NCBI GenBank assembly: GCA_903857255.1
Contig: CAIODY010000091.1
Location: forward strand, 11,831-75,830
Direction of reading: 5' to 3'
DNA from: an uncultured bacterium
GTDB taxonomy: Bacteria; Bacteroidota; Bacteroidia; Chitinophagales; CAIODY01
DNA length: 64,000 bases
Under the pieces are notes generated by a model. That model saw nothing but the letters and a program-made list of their open reading frames with translations. It searched no databases and had not been told where the DNA came from. The position numbers and the translations under genes were made by a program. The first letter of the stretch is position 1, and each line of letters starts with the position of its first letter. Of this stretch, positions 27,289 through 36,180 are shown piece after piece.

Positions 27289-27297
27289 TTCAAAAAG

Positions 27298-30200
27298 ATG
27301 GAAAAAAAATATTGGAAAGGTTTTGAAGAATTAAATCAAACAGAAGAGCACAAAGCAACTGTTCAAAATGAATTTAAAGAAGAGTTGCCTTTGGTTGAAT
27401 TGTTTGATGAAAAATTCGGAACGCAAAGTACAGGTCGCCGCGATTTCTTAAAAGTAATGGGCTTCAGCGTTGCTGCTGCTACAATTGCTGCAAGTTGCGA
27501 AATCCCTGTTCGTAAAGCAATTCCTTATGTAATCAAACCTGAGGAAGTTGTTCCGGGTGTTGCCAACTGGTATGCTTCTTCATATACGGATGGTGGCGAA
27601 TATTGCTCAATCTTAGTAAAAAGCCGCGAAGGTCGTCCAATCAAAATTGAAGGAAATCATAACAGCACTATTACCAAAGGTGGCACCAGTGCTCGTGTTC
27701 AAGCCAGCGTATTAAGTTTGTATGATACTAATCGCAGCAAAAATCCTTCTATCAACGGTAGCGAAGCATCATGGGATAAAATTGATGCAGCTATTAAAGG
27801 CGAATTGGCAAAAGGCGGTGTAGCTATTGTAACTTCAACTATTCTTTCACCAACTACAAAATCTGTTATCGCAGATTTTATCAAAAAATATCCGGGCAGC
27901 AAACACGTAACTTATGATGCACAATCATACAGTGGTATGTTGAGTGCTAACGAAGCTTCTTTTGGAAAATATGCTTTACCATCTTACGATTTTTCAAAAG
28001 CGAATGTGATTGTAAGTTTTGGTGCTGATTTCTTAGGCACTTGGATTTCGCCTGTTGAATTCACTAAACAATATGTACAAGGCAGAAAATTAGTGGGCGA
28101 TAAATATGAAATGAGCAAACATTTCCAAGTTGAATCTCATTTGAGTTTAACTGGTGCTAATGCTGATGACAGATTGGTGATTCACCCATCTGAAGAAGGT
28201 TTGGCAGTGGCTGATTTATACAATGCTTTGAATGGCGGTGCTTGCAAAATGCCTGCTATGAAAAAAGTTGCTGACGCTTTAATGGCTGCAAAAGGCTCGT
28301 CATTGGTGGTTTCGGGTAGCAACGATGTGAATATTCAAATGGTTGTAAATGCTATCAACACGATGTTGGGCAACTATGGTTCTACATTAGATATTCATCA
28401 TCATGCCAATTATGCACAAGGAAATGATGCCGAAGTTGCAGCTTTAATTGAAGATTTAAACGCAGGAAAATATGGTACAGTGATGATTGCAGGTTGCAAC
28501 CCAGCTTACGATTATCCTACACAAAAATTTGCTGATGCGATTAAGAAAACTGCTTGCAGAATTTCTTTCAATGCATCAATGGATGAAACAACTAAGTTGT
28601 GTAATTATCACACACCTGATAATCATTATTTGGAAAGCTGGAATGATGCAGAGCCTAAAGTTGGTTTGTATAGTATCACACAGCCAGTTATTGCGCCATT
28701 ATTTAAAACTCGTCAATTCCAAGATAGCTTATTGAAATGGATTGACTGCCCAAGCGATTACTATTCTTATTTACAAGAAAACTGGACAAAAAATATTTTG
28801 AAAGGTGATGTAAATGATTGGGATGCTGCAGTAAAATTAGGTGTTCATGGTGGTGGCGAAGAAGTTGTTGCAGTTTCAAAAAAAGAAGATAAATCTGCAA
28901 AAGCTGAAGATAAAAAATCTGCACCAAAAGCAAGTGGCAATGTTGAATCTGCTTTAGCAGCTATCAGTAGCACTTACAATGGTAAAAAAGGAATGGCAGT
29001 AGTTTTATATGAAAAAGTAGCTTTAGGAAATGGCAAACATGCTAACAATCCTTGGTTGCAAGAAATGCCAGACCCAATCACTAAAACGACTTGGGACAAT
29101 TACGCGATGATTTCTTATGCTACTGCATTGAAATTGGGCTTAATGGATAATAACGGAAGTTTATTCAGCGACCACAAACCTATGTGGGATGCGAAAGAAA
29201 CTAAATTGGTGAATGTAAAAGTTGGAAACACAACTATCAAATTGCCTTCATTAGTTCAACCTGGTATGGCTGACGATACTATTGCAATTGCAGTAGGTTA
29301 TGGCAGAACAGAAGCTGGTAAAGTGGGCAATGGTGTTGGTTCAAATGCTTATCCATTCAAAACTTGGAACAATGGAACTTGGTTGGGAAGTGCGATGAAT
29401 GCTGATGTTACAGCTACTTCTGAAAAAACAACTTTGGCGCAAACTCAAACGCATCATAGCTACGAAGGTCGTAGAGTAATTAAAGAAACAACATTGGCAG
29501 CTCACAAAGCCAATCCTAAAGCTGTAAACGAAGACCGTGAAGATATTAAAGCAATGACCACAACGCTTTATGGAGATAATCCACGTTATGGTCAGCATGA
29601 TTATAGCCAAGGCTTGAAATGGCACATGGCTATTGATTTGAATAGTTGTACTGGTTGTGGAAACTGTACTATTGCTTGTCAATCTGAAAATAACGTTTCT
29701 GTTGTTGGTAAAGACCACGTGATTCGTTCACACGAAATGCATTGGATTCGTATTGATAGATATTATTCAATCGGAAATAATGAAGGCGGCTTCAATACAA
29801 TGGAAAAAAATATCAATGCCGAACCAAATTTCCAAAACGTTCAGGTTGTGTTCCAACCTTTGATGTGTCAGCATTGTGCGAATGCACCATGTGAAAATGT
29901 TTGCCCTGTAAATGCAACCAATCACAGCAGCGAAGGCTTGAATCAAATGGCTTACAACCGTTGTATCGGGACAAGATATTGCGCAAACAACTGTCCTTAT
30001 AAAGTTCGTCGTTTCAACTGGATGGACTGGAATGGTGCTGATAGCTTTGAAGACAATATGCAAGAACAAGTTGAAGTATTGGGTATGTCGGAAAATTTAA
30101 CACGTATGGTGTTGAATCCTGATGTAACAGTTCGTGCAAGGGGGGTTATCGAAAAATGTTCTTTCTGCGTTCAACGTATCCAAGAAGGAAAATTAGAAGC

Positions 30201-30495
30201 GAAGAAAAATAATATGGAATTGGCTGATGGCATGATTCGTACAGCTTGTCAATCATCTTGCCCTGCTGATGCTATTGTATTTGGAAATATCAATGATAAA
30301 GAGAGTGCAGTTCGTAAAATGTATGATGCTGAAGATGAACGCCGTTTGTATTTTGTAATTGAAGAAATCAACGTGCAACCATCTGTAGGATATTTGGCTA
30401 AAGTGAGAAATACAGAAACAACAGGCACTTGGATGGAAAGCAAAGGCAAACACGAAGAACATCACGAAGAGAAAAAAGCAGAAGCAAAGGCATAA
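27298..30495 (+). CDS. actB: Alternative Complex III subunit ActB: Tat-exported molybdopterin-oxidoreductase-like domain fused to a 4Fe-4S ferredoxin-type domain
   Basis: Twin-arginine signal GRRDFLKVMGFSVAAATIAAS. A large MopB-like N-terminal half is followed by Cys clusters CTGCGNCTIACQSEN, CQHCANAPCENVCP, CIGTRYCANNCPYKVRRFN and CSFCVQRI. Confidence 0.92.
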   Translation: MEKKYWKGFEELNQTEEHKATVQNEFKEELPLVELFDEKFGTQSTGRRDFLKVMGFSVAAATIAASCEIPVRKAIPYVIKPEEVVPGVANWYASSYTDGGEYCSILVKSREGRPIKIEGNHNSTITKGGTSARVQASVLSLYDTNRSKNPSINGSEASWDKIDAAIKGELAKGGVAIVTSTILSPTTKSVIADFIKKYPGSKHVTYDAQSYSGMLSANEASFGKYALPSYDFSKANVIVSFGADFLGTWISPVEFTKQYVQGRKLVGDKYEMSKHFQVESHLSLTGANADDRLVIHPSEEGLAVADLYNALNGGACKMPAMKKVADALMAAKGSSLVVSGSNDVNIQMVVNAINTMLGNYGSTLDIHHHANYAQGNDAEVAALIEDLNAGKYGTVMIAGCNPAYDYPTQKFADAIKKTACRISFNASMDETTKLCNYHTPDNHYLESWNDAEPKVGLYSITQPVIAPLFKTRQFQDSLLKWIDCPSDYYSYLQENWTKNILKGDVNDWDAAVKLGVHGGGEEVVAVSKKEDKSAKAEDKKSAPKASGNVESALAAISSTYNGKKGMAVVLYEKVALGNGKHANNPWLQEMPDPITKTTWDNYAMISYATALKLGLMDNNGSLFSDHKPMWDAKETKLVNVKVGNTTIKLPSLVQPGMADDTIAIAVGYGRTEAGKVGNGVGSNAYPFKTWNNGTWLGSAMNADVTATSEKTTLAQTQTHHSYEGRRVIKETTLAAHKANPKAVNEDREDIKAMTTTLYGDNPRYGQHDYSQGLKWHMAIDLNSCTGCGNCTIACQSENNVSVVGKDHVIRSHEMHWIRIDRYYSIGNNEGGFNTMEKNINAEPNFQNVQVVFQPLMCQHCANAPCENVCPVNATNHSSEGLNQMAYNRCIGTRYCANNCPYKVRRFNWMDWNGADSFEDNMQEQVEVLGMSENLTRMVLNPDVTVRARGVIEKCSFCVQRIQEGKLEAKKNNMELADGMIRTACQSSCPADAIVFGNINDKESAVRKMYDAEDERRLYFVIEEINVQPSVGYLAKVRNTETTGTWMESKGKHEEHHEEKKAEAKA

Positions 30496-30658
30496 TTTGC
30501 AAATTTGATAATTAAATACAATGGCTTCATTCTGTAATAGAAGAAGTTAAAATTTGAAAATAGAAAAGCTAAAAAAATAAAAAAGTAGAGTTGAAAATAA
30601 AAGTTTAAAATCATTTTTAAATTTCTAAATTTTCAAATCTTCAAATTGAAAATAACTT

Positions 30659-32077
30659 ATGTCATTTAAAGAATCAGCATTACGGGAGCCTTTAGTAGAA
30701 GGTAACAAGTCGTACAAAGATGTTACAAACGACATCACCAACAGTATTTTTGGCACACCAACAAAAGGTTGGTTTGTTGCTTTTGGATTATCTGTTGCGT
30801 TGTTGTTGTATGGCGTATTTTGCGTTACTTATTTTGTTTACTATGGTATTGGAACTTGGGGCAGTAATAAAACCATAGGTTGGGCTTGGGATATCACCAA
30901 CTTCGTTTGGTGGATTGGTATCGGACATGCTGGTACATTGATTTCAGCCATCTTGTTATTGTTCCGTCAAAAATGGCGTACAGGTGTAAATCGTGCAGCT
31001 GAAGCAATGACGATTTTTGCGGTAATGTGTGCTGGCGTATTTCCTGTATTGCACATGGGTCGTGTGTGGATGGGTTTTTTCATTTTACCTTATCCAAATA
31101 CTCGTGGACCATTATGGCCAAACTTTGTATCTCCATTATTGTGGGATGTATTTGCGATTTCAACTTATTTCTCGGTTTCATTAATGTTCTGGTACACAGG
31201 TTTGATTCCTGATATTGCAACAATCCGTGACAGAGCAAAAAAAATTTGGCAACAAAAATTCTACGGTGCTTTATCATTTGGCTGGACAGGTTCTGCAAAG
31301 CACTGGCAACGCCACGAATCATTATCATTGGTGTTGGCAGGTTTATCTACACCACTTGTATTGTCAGTACACACGATAGTATCCTTTGACTTCGCCACTT
31401 CAGTAATTCCAGGCTGGCATACCACCATCTTCCCACCATACTTCGTTGCTGGTGCGGTATTCTCAGGTTTTGCAATGGTGCAAACGCTGATGTTGATGAC
31501 AAGAAAATTATTAAGATTAGAAGAGTATATCACTTTGAGTCATATTGATTCAATGAACCGAATCATCACTTTAACTGGTTCAATTGTTGGCTGTGCTTAT
31601 TTAACTGAATTGTTCACAGCATGGTATTCAGGCGCATTGTACGAACAGTATGCATTTATGAATCGTGCATTAGGACCTTATTGGTGGAGCTATTGGGGAA
31701 TGATGTTGTGTAACGTGGTATCTCCTCAATTGTTCTGGAGCAAAAAATTACGTACAAGCATTTTCTGGACTTTCTTCTTATCAATTGTGGTAAATATTGG
31801 TATGTGGTTCGAACGTTTCGTAATCATCGTTACATCATTGCACCGTGATTATTTACCATCTAGCTGGAATATGTTCTCTCCAACTTGGGTTGATATCGGA
31901 TTCTATTTAGGAACATTCGGCTTGTTCTTTACTTTATACTTATTGTTTGCTAAATATTTCCCTGTAATTGCAGTAGCTGAAATTAAGCATGTATTGAAAA
32001 CTACAGGTAATACACCAGCTCGTGAGGCTGAGTTGAAGGCAATAATGGATAAAGCAGCAGCGGTTGATGCTGCATAA
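30659..32077 (+). CDS. actC: Alternative Complex III subunit ActC (NrfD/PsrC-like quinol-interacting membrane subunit)
   Basis: 472-aa polytopic membrane protein at the position expected for ActC, with NrfD-like sequence character (WDITNFVWWIGIGHAGTLISAILLL). Confidence 0.88.
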   Translation: MSFKESALREPLVEGNKSYKDVTNDITNSIFGTPTKGWFVAFGLSVALLLYGVFCVTYFVYYGIGTWGSNKTIGWAWDITNFVWWIGIGHAGTLISAILLLFRQKWRTGVNRAAEAMTIFAVMCAGVFPVLHMGRVWMGFFILPYPNTRGPLWPNFVSPLLWDVFAISTYFSVSLMFWYTGLIPDIATIRDRAKKIWQQKFYGALSFGWTGSAKHWQRHESLSLVLAGLSTPLVLSVHTIVSFDFATSVIPGWHTTIFPPYFVAGAVFSGFAMVQTLMLMTRKLLRLEEYITLSHIDSMNRIITLTGSIVGCAYLTELFTAWYSGALYEQYAFMNRALGPYWWSYWGMMLCNVVSPQLFWSKKLRTSIFWTFFLSIVVNIGMWFERFVIIVTSLHRDYLPSSWNMFSPTWVDIGFYLGTFGLFFTLYLLFAKYFPVIAVAEIKHVLKTTGNTPAREAELKAIMDKAAAVDAA

Positions 32078-32112
32078 TGTGATGATGTGATAATTTGAAA
32101 ATGTGCAAATTG

Positions 32113-32199
32113 AATACAAATACACTTTACCACATAGCAACATAGAAAAGATAGAATACAAGAGATAAAGTTAAGTTACACATAGTTTCGCAAGCGAAA
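32113..32199 (+). repeat. intergenic repeat element, copy 1 (actC-actD spacer)
   Basis: aatacaaatacactttaccacatagcaacatagaa...aatacaaga...acatagtttcgcaagcgaaa. It aligns along its whole length with copies at 39543, 40403 and 58156(-). Confidence 0.8.
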
Positions 32200-32250
32200 T
32201 AAAAATGAAAAAACTTTGTGCCTTGGCGTGATAAAAATTAAAATCGGTCT

Positions 32251-32277
32251 TAGTACATAGTACTTAATACTAAATAC
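32251..32277 (+). repeat. TAGTACA / TAGTACTTAATAC / TAAATAC variant of the tandem motif upstream of actD
   Basis: Read directly from the sequence. It ends 10 nt before the ATG at 32288. Confidence 0.75.
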
Positions 32278-32287
32278 AAAAAGAAAA

Positions 32288-32833
32288 ATGGGAAGTAAAA
32301 AATTCTTACTGGGTATTTTCGGCGATGAAGATGTATTGCTCGAAGGTGTGCCTGCAATCAGAGAAAAGGGTATAAAAATTTACGACGTATTCACTCCGTT
32401 CCCAATTCACGGATTAGATACAGCAATGGGTTTACGTGAAAGTAAATTGCACATAGCAGGGTTCATTTATGGCATTACAGGAACATCAATTGCTTTGGGT
32501 TTCATGACTTGGGCTAATACTTTTGATTGGAGAGTAAATTTTGGTGGCAAACCTTTTTGGAGTTGGCCAGCCTACATTCCAATCACTTTTGAATTGACTG
32601 TATTGATGGCATCAGCTGGTATGGTGGCTACATTCATGTATTTGTGCCGCTTAGCGCCAGGTGTTCAAAAACACATTATGGATTTACGTCAGACTGATGA
32701 TAAAATGGTTGTTGCTATTGAAATTGACGAACATACTGATGTAAATAATTTAACCAGCATTTTAAAATCAAGCGGTGCTGAAGAAGTGAATACAAAGGTG
32801 ATTGATGATTGGTACAGATATAAAATTGCATAA
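32288..32833 (+). CDS. actD: Alternative Complex III subunit ActD (DUF3341-type)
   Basis: 181 aa. The N-terminus GIFGDEDVLLEGVPAIREKGIKIYDVFTPFPIHGLD is followed by two TM helices. Operon position fits ActD. Confidence 0.82.
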   Translation: MGSKKFLLGIFGDEDVLLEGVPAIREKGIKIYDVFTPFPIHGLDTAMGLRESKLHIAGFIYGITGTSIALGFMTWANTFDWRVNFGGKPFWSWPAYIPITFELTVLMASAGMVATFMYLCRLAPGVQKHIMDLRQTDDKMVVAIEIDEHTDVNNLTSILKSSGAEEVNTKVIDDWYRYKIA

Positions 32834-32968
32834 GCAATTTGAAAATTTGAGAATGAGAAAATTTGAAAATTGAAATACAGATTCTTTGTTTGATTCAGAA
32901 TGGCAACCAATTGAAACCGTCATCCTGAACGAAGTGAAGAAACTAAAAAAAATAGAACTGAAATAAAA

Positions 32969-33649
32969 ATGAGAAATAAATTTTTAGTAACAGCAAGCAT
33001 AGTGGCAGCAACTTTCTTAAGTTCTTGCTTTCGTGATGCAAAAAAACCAGGCTTAGAATATATGCCCGATATGGCACATCCGGTGTCTGTTGAAACTTAT
33101 GATGAAAGTAAGAATCTGGATATCAGTGCTGGCAGAACGAGCGAAAAATTCAGCGCATTGCAGCCTGTAAAAGGAACTGTGCCTACTGCACAAGGAATGT
33201 TGCCTTTCAAAAATGATGAGTATGATAATACTACTTCATACAAACCTTATCACCATGAATTTTCACCAGAAGGAGAAAAAGCTAGTGATGCCGATAAAAA
33301 TCCATTGGAAGTAAACAAAATCAATTTAACTGAAGGCAAACGTTTGTTCACTATTTATTGTTCGCCTTGTCATGGTGCCGAAGGCAATGCTGATGGAACA
33401 GTTACTATTGCTAACAATCATGCTTTCCCAATGGGAGCTCCATTCAGTTATTTCACTGATGCGAATTTAGCGTTAACCGAAGGACACATGTTTTATATTA
33501 CACAATATGGTAGAAACTCAATGGGAAGTTATGCTTCGCAATTGAATCCAAACGAACGTTGGAAAGTGATTATGTATGTAAAGCAAATGCAAGCTGATTA
33601 TGTAGCAAAAAATTCAGCAGCAAAAAAAGAAGAAAAGAAAAAAGCATAG
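32969..33649 (+). CDS. actE: Alternative Complex III subunit ActE (lipid-anchored monoheme cytochrome c)
   Basis: Lipobox-like FLSSC, a single CSPCHG heme motif, and the expected operon position. Confidence 0.82.
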   Translation: MRNKFLVTASIVAATFLSSCFRDAKKPGLEYMPDMAHPVSVETYDESKNLDISAGRTSEKFSALQPVKGTVPTAQGMLPFKNDEYDNTTSYKPYHHEFSPEGEKASDADKNPLEVNKINLTEGKRLFTIYCSPCHGAEGNADGTVTIANNHAFPMGAPFSYFTDANLALTEGHMFYITQYGRNSMGSYASQLNPNERWKVIMYVKQMQADYVAKNSAAKKEEKKKA

Positions 33650-33755
33650 TATTATGAATTAGGTATCAAGTATTATGATGTTCTTCTTAATTCCTAATAC
33701 TTAATTCTTAATTCAGCAATCAATAAATCTAAAATCATTAAATAGAAAATATTAA

Positions 33756-34979
33756 ATGGGACATCACAACACAGAAGTAGATTTGAATGAACGTTTTGAA
33801 TTTCCAGCAAAACTAAAGAACATAGCGTTTGGCTTGATGGGCGTTGGTTTGCTAGCGTTTTTAGCTGGCGTATTCATTAGTCATGATAGCACACGAACAT
33901 TGGCTGTCATGTTGCAAAATGGTTTGTTCTTTATGTTGATTACATTAATCAGCACATTTTTTATCGCTATTCACTACATGGCAAATGGCGGTTACATGGT
34001 CGCATTGAAGCGTATTCCTGAAGCTATAAGCCAAACGATGCCAATCATTGCTTTGTTTGTTTTTGGGTTGATTGCTTACATCATTTTAGGAAAACGCAAT
34101 GACATTTTTATTTGGTTAAATATTCCAGCTATTAAAAATGCTGAAGCTCGTGAATTGTTGGAAGGGAAAACGGGTTATTTGAATGTGCCGTTTTTTATCG
34201 TTCGTATCATTGCTTATTTAACAGTGTGGAGTTTTGGCGTAATGCAATATCGTAAGTTCTCTTTGCAAGAAGATGCAGCACCAGCAGGTTCGATGAAAAA
34301 CCACATCAACAGTCGTTTGTTCTCAGGGTTCTTCTTAGTATTTTTTGCAGTAACTATCTCTACTTCATCATGGGATTGGTTAATGAGTATTGATGCAAAA
34401 TGGTATTCAACCATGTATGGTTGGTATTGCTTTGTAAGTGCTTTGGTGAGTGGCATTTCACTAATGATGTTAGTGATACAATATTTAAGAAACCAAGGTC
34501 ATTTGAAAGCTGTTACTGATGAACATGTTCATGACTTAGGTAAATTCATGTTTGCATTCTCCATCTTGTGGACTTACCTATGGTTCTCACAATACATGTT
34601 GATTTGGTATTCAAACAACCCAGAAGAAACAGTTTATTTCCGCCAACGTTATGACCATTACAAAGTATTATTCTATTTGAATTTGTTGATGAACTTCGTT
34701 ACACCAATTTTTGTGTTGATGAAAAACACTTCAAAAAGAAATTCAAGAGTATTGGTGTTTATTGCTTCTGTTATCATCATTGGTCATTGGGTTGATTATT
34801 ATCAAATGATTATGCCTGGTACAGTTGGCAACAACTGGCATATTGGAATGCAGGAAATTGGTTTACCGATTTTCTTTGTTGGATTGATTATCTGGAGAAC
34901 ATTCAGTCAATTGGAAAAAGCGCCATTGATTCCGAAAAATCATCCTTATTTGCAAGAGAGTTTGCATCATCATGTATAA
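33756..34979 (+). CDS. actF: Alternative Complex III subunit ActF (second NrfD-like membrane subunit)
   Basis: 407-aa polytopic membrane protein immediately after actE. This is the standard ACIII gene order. Confidence 0.82.
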   Translation: MGHHNTEVDLNERFEFPAKLKNIAFGLMGVGLLAFLAGVFISHDSTRTLAVMLQNGLFFMLITLISTFFIAIHYMANGGYMVALKRIPEAISQTMPIIALFVFGLIAYIILGKRNDIFIWLNIPAIKNAEARELLEGKTGYLNVPFFIVRIIAYLTVWSFGVMQYRKFSLQEDAAPAGSMKNHINSRLFSGFFLVFFAVTISTSSWDWLMSIDAKWYSTMYGWYCFVSALVSGISLMMLVIQYLRNQGHLKAVTDEHVHDLGKFMFAFSILWTYLWFSQYMLIWYSNNPEETVYFRQRYDHYKVLFYLNLLMNFVTPIFVLMKNTSKRNSRVLVFIASVIIIGHWVDYYQMIMPGTVGNNWHIGMQEIGLPIFFVGLIIWRTFSQLEKAPLIPKNHPYLQESLHHHV

Positions 34980-35088
34980 GCCAAGTATAATGAATAGTGA
35001 ATATTGAGCATTAAGACAAATACAAAAAGACTTTTAGCCATTAGGGCAGAAAATAAAACTAATAACATAAAATAATTAACGAAAAATA

Positions 35089-36129
35089 ATGACAACGATT
35101 ATTATAGTAGGTATCATCATATTATTGATTAGCATTGTGTTTCAGGTGGCAAAAACCAGCGAAATGGTTAGTACTTTAAAAGGTGCTGCACAATCAAGAA
35201 AAGATTCAAACAATATTTTGGGAATATTGATGTTGGTGTTTATGCCCGTATTTCTAATTGGTTGCATTTGGTCAGCAGTCCACTTTCACAAAGATTTTTT
35301 ACCTGAATCTGCTTCGGTGCACGGTGATTGGATTGATAGCGTATTCAATACAACTTTGATTGTAACAGGATTGGTTTTCTTTCTTACTCAAATTGCCTTG
35401 TTTTGGTTTGCATTCAGATATCGCGAACAAGAAGGAAAGAAAGCATTGTACTATCCTGAAAATAATAAATTGGAAATGTGGTGGACAATTATTCCTGCTA
35501 TTTTCATGACAGTATTGGTTGTTACAGGATTGTTCTATTGGTATAAAATTACTGCACCAGCTCCTAAAGATGCGATGGTGATTGAAGTTACAGGAAAGCA
35601 ATTCAATTGGATTGCTCGTTACCCAGGTAAAGATGGAAAATTAGGGCATAAAAATTTTACTTTGATTAATGATAACAACGTGGAGGGATTAGATTGGAAT
35701 GATGAAGCCACAAAAGATGATATTATTCCAACTGAATTACATTTTGTTGTAGGCAAGCCAACTAAAATTATCATTAATTCAAGAGATGTAATGCACAATT
35801 TCGATTTACCGCATTTCCGTGTAAAATTAGATGCAGTACCGGGTATCCCAACTACATTTTGGTTCACACCAAAATATACTACCGAAGAAATGAGAGTTAG
35901 AGTTGGTAATCCAAAATTTAATTTTGAGTTGGCTTGTGCTCAAATTTGCGGACAAAGCCATTATGCTATGAAAATGGCAGTAGTGGTACAAACACAAGCT
36001 GAATTTGATGCTTGGATAAAAGACCAAAAGCCTTATTACGAAACTGCAATGCCTGCACCAGCAGTGGCTGAATCAGTACCAGCAGCTGAAGAAAAGAAAG
36101 ACGAAGCAAAAAAGGAAGAGAAAAAATAA
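35089..36129 (+). CDS. coxB: cytochrome c oxidase subunit II (CuA subunit, no fused cytochrome c domain)
   Basis: Two N-terminal TM helices, HNFDLPHFRVKLDAVPG, and CuA ligands CAQICGQSHYAM. There is no CxxCH motif. Confidence 0.9.
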   Translation: MTTIIIVGIIILLISIVFQVAKTSEMVSTLKGAAQSRKDSNNILGILMLVFMPVFLIGCIWSAVHFHKDFLPESASVHGDWIDSVFNTTLIVTGLVFFLTQIALFWFAFRYREQEGKKALYYPENNKLEMWWTIIPAIFMTVLVVTGLFYWYKITAPAPKDAMVIEVTGKQFNWIARYPGKDGKLGHKNFTLINDNNVEGLDWNDEATKDDIIPTELHFVVGKPTKIIINSRDVMHNFDLPHFRVKLDAVPGIPTTFWFTPKYTTEEMRVRVGNPKFNFELACAQICGQSHYAMKMAVVVQTQAEFDAWIKDQKPYYETAMPAPAVAESVPAAEEKKDEAKKEEKK

Positions 36130-36139
36130 ATAAAAATCA

Positions 36140-36168
36140 TAGTACCTAATACATTAGTACTTAATTCA
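36140..36168 (+). repeat. tandem TAGTACCTAATACA-t-TAGTACTTAATTCA upstream of ctaD
   Basis: Read directly from the sequence. It ends 12 nt before the ATG at 36181. The upstream context AAAAAATAAA(T)AAAAATC is shared with the actB copy. Confidence 0.85.
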
Positions 36169-36180
36169 AAAAGAAAATAA

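Noticed and set aside
32918-32945. The string gtcatcctgaacgaagtgaagaaac resembles a short hairpin-type repeat that I vaguely recall from other Bacteroidota genomes.
   Set aside because: There is only a single, degenerate copy here, and the second arm does not pair. I cannot verify the recollection without a database.
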